A DNA stretch of 21,352 nt, taken from NCBI GenBank assembly GCA_016931075.1, contig JAFGFF010000331.1, forward strand, positions 1-21,352, written 5' to 3'. Source of the stretch: Pirellulales bacterium. Its GTDB lineage: Bacteria; Planctomycetota; Planctomycetia; Pirellulales; Thermoguttaceae. This document shows positions 17,225 through 21,352 of the stretch, piece by piece. The translations under genes were made by a program, and so were the position numbers. The notes beneath the pieces were generated by a model, which was given only the letters and a program-made list of their open reading frames with translations, searched no databases and was not told the DNA's origin. Positions within the stretch are counted from its first letter, which is position 1. The number at the start of each line of letters is the position of its first letter.

Positions 17225-17698
17225 GGGATGCCTATAAATTTGCAGGGTGGGAACAAAAGGTGGGCAAAAACAGCGTGGGCAATACGGTCCAGAAGGATTC
17301 AATGCAAAACATCCTCATCCATTGTTGTTTATTGCGATCCGTTCGGCCGCACTATTTGCCGAAGAGGAGAAAGCCATCCCTCGGAGGAATTGCCGGCCCA
17401 TGGAAAAGACGCCTGGCGCCCTTTCCGCTGCGTTGCCTCGAGGTCTGAACGGTTCCCGGCCGGCTTCCTACCCCGATTGTAATCAAACCGCAGGACCAGA
17501 TGTATATAAATGCGTCATTGTCTTACGAATATGCGCAACTGAGGCTCCTGCCCCGCCTCGGCGCCCAAGGCCTCAAATCCTTGCCAAACCGTCAGGATTC
17601 ACGTGATTCTTTCTTTGGCAAATCGCTTCCTTGGCGCATTGTATTGAGCCCGATTCAAAAGTAAATTGGGCTCTGCCTTTCACTGGGAGACTCGGGAA

Positions 17699-18490
17699 AT
17701 GACGAAAACCGCCGATCGAGTTCTCGCCTTCGGGTGCCATCCCGACGACATCGAATATTGGGCTGCCGGCACCCTGGCGCTGTTGGCCGAGCAGGATTAT
17801 GAGATTCACCTGGCCGTGATGGCCGGGGGAGAGGTTGGCCATCCCACGCTCAAGCCCGACGAGATTTGCCAGCGGCGTCTAGCGGAACACGCCGCCTCGG
17901 CCGCCGTCCTGGGCGGCCACGCGCACTATGCGGGCGGCCACGACCTGGAAGTACAGTACGACGCGGAGTATCGCCGCTTGGCGACGCGGGTCATCCGCGA
18001 GGTCGATCCCTGGATCGTCCTGGCCCCGCCGCCAATGGACTATCTGATCGACCACGAGGAGACGTCGCGTCTGGTTCGCAATGCCTGCTACATCGCCTCG
18101 GTGCCCAACTATGATTGTGGCGCGCCGACGACGCCCACCAATCGGTTTCCGTATCTTTACTACTGGAACGCCATGGGACTGCGCGACATCTTCGGGCGTC
18201 CGTTGCCGTTGCACCTCGTCGTGGACATCAGCTCGACGATCGAAACGAAGAAGAAGATGCTCGGCTGCCACGCCTCGCAATTCGAGTGGCTGAAGTATCA
18301 CAACAAGTTCGAGGACTTCGCCTCCGTCATGATGGAATCGTCGTCCCGGCTCGGACAAGAACACGGCGTTCCCTATGCCGAAGGTTTCATTCAACACTTG
18401 GGAAACGGCCACCCGACCGACAATGTTCTCAAGGAGCTTCTCGGCGACCGATGCATTGAACTGTCCGATCGACCCACGATTCAAGGCTAA
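17699..18490 (+). CDS. PIG-L/LmbE family deacetylase (GlcNAc-type N-deacetylase fold).
   Basis: VLAFGCHPDDIEYWAAGTL contains the HPDDE zinc-binding motif, and downstream His/Asp residues are typical of LmbE-like proteins. The likely start is the ATG at 17699 (MTKTADRVLAF), with GGGAG 10 nt upstream. The six-frame ORF starts at a TTG at 17666. Confidence 0.8.
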   Translation: MTKTADRVLAFGCHPDDIEYWAAGTLALLAEQDYEIHLAVMAGGEVGHPTLKPDEICQRRLAEHAASAAVLGGHAHYAGGHDLEVQYDAEYRRLATRVIREVDPWIVLAPPPMDYLIDHEETSRLVRNACYIASVPNYDCGAPTTPTNRFPYLYYWNAMGLRDIFGRPLPLHLVVDISSTIETKKKMLGCHASQFEWLKYHNKFEDFASVMMESSSRLGQEHGVPYAEGFIQHLGNGHPTDNVLKELLGDRCIELSDRPTIQG

Positions 18491-18501
18491 AAACTAGTTT
18501 T

Positions 18502-20559
18502 TCAACTTGCCGAGATTCCGAACCCGGTCCGGTCGGCAACCAAGAGGCTCAGAAGCGTTCCGAGGAGGCCTTGCGAGGTCGGGCCGTCGGAGCCGGAACC
18601 GCCGCCGGTGAGGAAGAGGCGTTCGGGCACCAGGGGCTGCTGGCTCTGGGAGAGGTACTGGGTGGCCAGGGCCAGGGCGTAGACGCGGGGATCGCCGTAC
18701 GAAGCGATCTTCTTGGCCAGCACGGCCGCTTCCGCTTCGCCCTCGAGCGAAATCCGCTTCGATTGCCCTTCGCCCAACAAGGTTCTCGACTGCCCTCCGG
18801 CTTCCGCGATGAGCAGCCGGCGTTTCTTCTCGGCCTCGGCAGTGACGACGGTCTGTTCGGCCTTCTTCCGAGCGCGAGACAGTTCGGCCCCGCCCTGGTT
18901 TTCGGCGATCTCGATTTCGATTTGCGAATTCGTCAGTTCCGTCTGTTTCTCGGCCTTGGCCTGGGCCATCTTCAGGCCGCGAAGTTCCGCGGCGGCGGCC
19001 GATTGCTGCTGATAGGTCTCGATCTGTTCGCGCGAAAGCTGCCGCAACCGGAGCTGTTCGAGCAGCGTCTCGATCTCGCCGCTCGATTCGGCCGTGTCGG
19101 GCTTGCCGATCAGCACGTCGACTAGCTCGATGTCGAAGTCGAGGAACCGCGACCGTAGCTCGGCCTTCGCCTCCTGTTGGATCACGTCCCGCTCGTGAAG
19201 AAGCGCAAGCATCGTCTTCTTGTGGGCGATATCGCGGAAATAGGCGCTCAGCAGCGGATCGAGCGTCTGGGTGATCAGCTTCTTGATGTTGCCGAACCGC
19301 TGGACGACTTGCGGCGCCTTTTGGTAGTCGATGTGGACGACCACGGACAGCGGCAGGACCGGTTCATAGGCGTCGGCGGTGACCAGATCGATCGACTTGA
19401 GGCTCTCGTCGTAACGGTGGCTCTCTTCCACACGGCCCGTGATCCAGTGCAACACCACGTTGGTCGTGGGCACCAGGTGGATGTGGCCGGCGAACGTGTT
19501 GAAGGGGTATTTGCCCGGGCATAGGGTTCGGGCTTGCACGCCGCGGTCGCCCTCGGCCACGCGTTCGCCGTGACGGAACGCGTCGCCTGAGACGTCGTGC
19601 CCCGCTTTTCCGTGATAACTCACCACGACGCCGACGTAGCCGATCGGCACGATCGTTTTGGGGATCTTTTCGATGGTGGCGAACCACCGGTTGATGAAGA
19701 ACGTGCCGTCGGTCAAGGGGACCAACTGGCGGCCGCGCCGCCCGCCCGCTTCGAGAAAGGCCTCGATATCCTGGTAGTTGTTGTGGTAATTTTCCCCGCC
19801 CGGGTCCGTGCCCACCGGCGGCGCGATAATCTCGCCCGACTCCAGCGCGGGACCGTCGTGAACGGTCACGACGGCAATGTCGTCGTTCGCAATCGTTTCC
19901 GGCGTATCGGAAGCGCCGAGCACTTGCTCGCCCGTCAATTCGCGCGATCCGACGACCACCGGTTCGAATCCGTCGCGTTCACACAGCTCTTGGTGCCATC
20001 GGGCGATGGCTCTGGTTTCCTCCTTGCCCCCGAGGTTCAATTGGTAGCTCGTCTCGTCCGTGATGACCACGAACAACACAAGGTTGATCGGATAGACGCC
20101 CTCGCGGAGAATGGCTCTCTGGCGGCCGCGCTGCCCGATGGAATCGGGTTCGTCCGCATAGCCCATCAAAAACGCGCGGGCATCCTGGAAACTGTTGCAG
20201 GGGACCGTCCGCCCGAGGGTTTGCTGCGGTTGCAGTGGCTGGCCGTCTCGGGCGAAGACGTAACCGATCCGGCCCTCGGAAACGACGACCAGGGGCACTT
20301 TGTGGATACGATACTGCCAGGGCCAATAGAAGAAGTGCAGGCCGCCGCGGAGCACTTCGCTCTGATAGCCCGCCTCGCCGTCCAAGGCAATCAGGTGCCC
20401 TTCGGCAAGGGTGCCTTCGGGGCTCCAGAGCTTCTCGACGATCCCGACACGGCTGTTGGGAATGAATCGGATTCCCAATAGCAGAGGGCCGAGGATGACG
20501 ATCAACGCCCCCACGACCCCGCATTCAACGGCCCATAGGGATGTTGTTACAGCAAACAT
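18502..20559 (-). CDS. SPFH/Band-7 (flotillin-like, YqiK-type) membrane protein with a long coiled-coil tail.
   Basis: The likely start is the ATG at 20559 (MFAVTTSLWAVECGVVGALIVILGPLLLGIRFIPNSRVGIVEKLW), which gives an N-terminal transmembrane helix followed by the SPFH-core signature. The C-terminal ~200 aa form an E/K/A/Q-rich coiled coil (EAEKKRRLLIAEAGGQSRTLLGEGQS...), typical of flotillins. The six-frame ORF extends to 20700. Confidence 0.75.
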   Translation of the reverse strand: MFAVTTSLWAVECGVVGALIVILGPLLLGIRFIPNSRVGIVEKLWSPEGTLAEGHLIALDGEAGYQSEVLRGGLHFFYWPWQYRIHKVPLVVVSEGRIGYVFARDGQPLQPQQTLGRTVPCNSFQDARAFLMGYADEPDSIGQRGRQRAILREGVYPINLVLFVVITDETSYQLNLGGKEETRAIARWHQELCERDGFEPVVVGSRELTGEQVLGASDTPETIANDDIAVVTVHDGPALESGEIIAPPVGTDPGGENYHNNYQDIEAFLEAGGRRGRQLVPLTDGTFFINRWFATIEKIPKTIVPIGYVGVVVSYHGKAGHDVSGDAFRHGERVAEGDRGVQARTLCPGKYPFNTFAGHIHLVPTTNVVLHWITGRVEESHRYDESLKSIDLVTADAYEPVLPLSVVVHIDYQKAPQVVQRFGNIKKLITQTLDPLLSAYFRDIAHKKTMLALLHERDVIQQEAKAELRSRFLDFDIELVDVLIGKPDTAESSGEIETLLEQLRLRQLSREQIETYQQQSAAAAELRGLKMAQAKAEKQTELTNSQIEIEIAENQGGAELSRARKKAEQTVVTAEAEKKRRLLIAEAGGQSRTLLGEGQSKRISLEGEAEAAVLAKKIASYGDPRVYALALATQYLSQSQQPLVPERLFLTGGGSGSDGPTSQGLLGTLLSLLVADRTGFGISAS

Positions 20560-20714
20560 GACTAGTTCCTTTCCCGCTTGGTTCTTGCCGGGGAGTTCCG
20601 GCCGACCGAGAATCGGTGAAATTGCCCATCTCGGTGCTGGCCAGTCATGGCCGCAATCCGCAGGCCGATACTGTGAATTGACATAAGTCACTTTATTCAA
20701 AGGGATTAGGCAAC

Positions 20715-20743
20715 TTGTCGAAATAGGCCAAGTATGATATAAT
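20715..20743 (+). promoter_or_regulatory. Near-consensus sigma-70 promoter with an extended -10, driving the sigma-54 activator gene.
   Basis: TTGTCG (20715..20720), a 17 nt spacer, then TGATATAAT, in which TATAAT is 20738..20743 with a TGn extension. This puts the transcription start about 35 nt upstream of the ATG at 20786. A GAGGG ribosome-binding site is at 20774..20778. The surrounding ~90 bp is AT-rich in a GC-rich genome. An operator-like inverted repeat TATCAtggTGATA at 20750..20762 sits between the -10 and the ribosome-binding site. Confidence 0.5.
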
Positions 20744-20785
20744 TTCTCATATCATGGTGATAATTCTCACATTGAGGGCCGTGCC

Positions 20786-21352
20786 ATGTATGTATCGGTC
20801 TTAATTCTCCAGCCGCCCGGCGACGCGCTCGTCGAGTTGGTCCACGCCCTGCGATCCGGGGCGCCGACCGATTGGGACGTCACTTTGGTGGCCTCGCCCG
20901 AACAGTTGTTGCGGCGTATCGGGGACGCCTCCGAGCACCATCTGGCCATCGTGCCTGACCGGTTGGGTGAGAACGAGCCAGGGGCTCGGGAGTTGATCGG
21001 GACCATCCGCCAACGGGCGGCCGACATGCCGATCGTCGTCGTGGCCGAGCGGGGCGACGTGCAACTGGCGGCGGACGTTGTCGAAGCAGGGGCGACCGAC
21101 CTTCTCGTCTGCGGGGCGCGGCTTCCACAACGGATCGCCACCCTGATGGGCAAGCTGCGGAGGCTTTTCGACGTCATCGACCGCAACCGCTTGCTGGACG
21201 AACACAATGCACGCTTGCGGGAAGTGATTCAATCACGCCTGAAGATCGTCGGACAATCGCCGCAAATCCGAGACCTGCTCGACCAGATTCACCGTGTCGC
21301 TAAAATCCCACGGCCGGTGATGATCGTCGGCGAACGGGGAACCGGCAAGGAA
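20786..21352 (+). CDS. Sigma-54-dependent transcriptional activator (NtrC family); only the 5' part is present. It has an atypical receiver-like N-domain followed by the start of the AAA+ sigma-54 interaction domain.
   Basis: I translated this by hand, since the six-frame track lacks it (the ORF has no stop inside the window). The protein reads MYVSVLILQPPGD...HLAIVPDRLGENEPGARELIGTIRQ...PIVVVAERGDVQLAADVVEAGATDLL...IVGQSPQIRDLLDQIHRVAKIPRPVMIVGERGTGKE. The GERGTGKE Walker A and the preceding GQSPxI motif are diagnostic of sigma-54 enhancer-binding proteins. The gene runs off the right-hand edge of the window. Confidence 0.8.
   Translation, partial: MYVSVLILQPPGDALVELVHALRSGAPTDWDVTLVASPEQLLRRIGDASEHHLAIVPDRLGENEPGARELIGTIRQRAADMPIVVVAERGDVQLAADVVEAGATDLLVCGARLPQRIATLMGKLRRLFDVIDRNRLLDEHNARLREVIQSRLKIVGQSPQIRDLLDQIHRVAKIPRPVMIVGERGTGKE

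Noticed and set aside
17477-17511. A TTGTAA ... TATATAAAT sigma-70-like promoter upstream of the PIG-L gene.
   Set aside because: The spacer between the candidate -35 and any -10 hexamer is 20 to 22 nt, which is outside the functional 16 to 18 nt range. The AT-rich patch is real, but the promoter assignment is not supported.
18489-18502. The 14 nt perfect palindrome AAAAACTAGTTTTT exactly between the convergent stops of PIG-L (TAA) and the flotillin gene (TGA).
   Set aside because: It is made only of A/T stems with a CTAG core and is too weak to be a terminator hairpin. It is probably a coincidence of two stop codons plus an A/T run. I note it only as a possible minimal bidirectional pause site.
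1-21352. CRISPR arrays, rRNA genes, an integrase or transposase, toxin-antitoxin pairs, or defence-system genes.
   Set aside because: None are present. There are no regularly spaced short repeats. There is no protein with transposase or recombinase motifs. No small adjacent gene pairs exist outside the annotated genes.

Overview
This 21.4 kb window is high-GC (roughly 60% or more) and looks like chromosomal DNA from a Planctomycetota-type genome. The markers are a DUF1559 prepilin-type gene, three PEP-CTERM proteins, and URO-D-like and XylR-like genes. It holds 13 convincing protein-coding genes, one of them cut off by the window edge. They are arranged as follows. (i) A minus-strand run at 925..6294 encodes a small secreted protein with a carboxypeptidase-regulatory-like domain, a DUF1559 pseudopilin-like protein, and three tandem PEP-CTERM-anchored proteins: one with a LamG domain, one that is a GxSxG alpha/beta hydrolase, and one small. 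(ii) A co-directional minus-strand sugar or aminosugar utilisation locus at 6683..17224 encodes a XylR-type regulator (LacI-type binding domain fused to an AraC HTH), a TIM-barrel sugar phosphate isomerase/epimerase, a DegT/DnrJ/EryC1 PLP-dependent aminotransferase, an SSF Na+/solute symporter, a URO-D-like protein, and a 1,092 aa secreted protein that may be an (alpha/alpha)6 glycoside hydrolase. (iii) The right end holds a PIG-L/LmbE deacetylase, an SPFH/flotillin protein, and the 5' part of a sigma-54-dependent activator with an atypical receiver domain. The activator sits behind a near-consensus extended -10 sigma-70 promoter inside a locally AT-rich patch. No rRNA, CRISPR array or transposase gene is present. 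The unusual content is all non-coding. A 191 bp MITE-like element has 18 bp terminal inverted repeats and a perfect 9 bp target-site duplication. Two diverged copies of a ~158 bp long-palindromic repeat (comparable to enterobacterial ERIC repeats) each sit directly against a stop codon. A perfect 30 bp-stem, 72 bp palindrome lies between two genes. A ~38 nt block is conserved upstream of two different genes. A tRNA 3'-end fragment at 767..791 coincides with a sharp drop in GC over positions 1..760, which suggests an integration junction. The long plus-strand ORFs in the six-frame track that run antisense to these genes are GC-driven artefacts.
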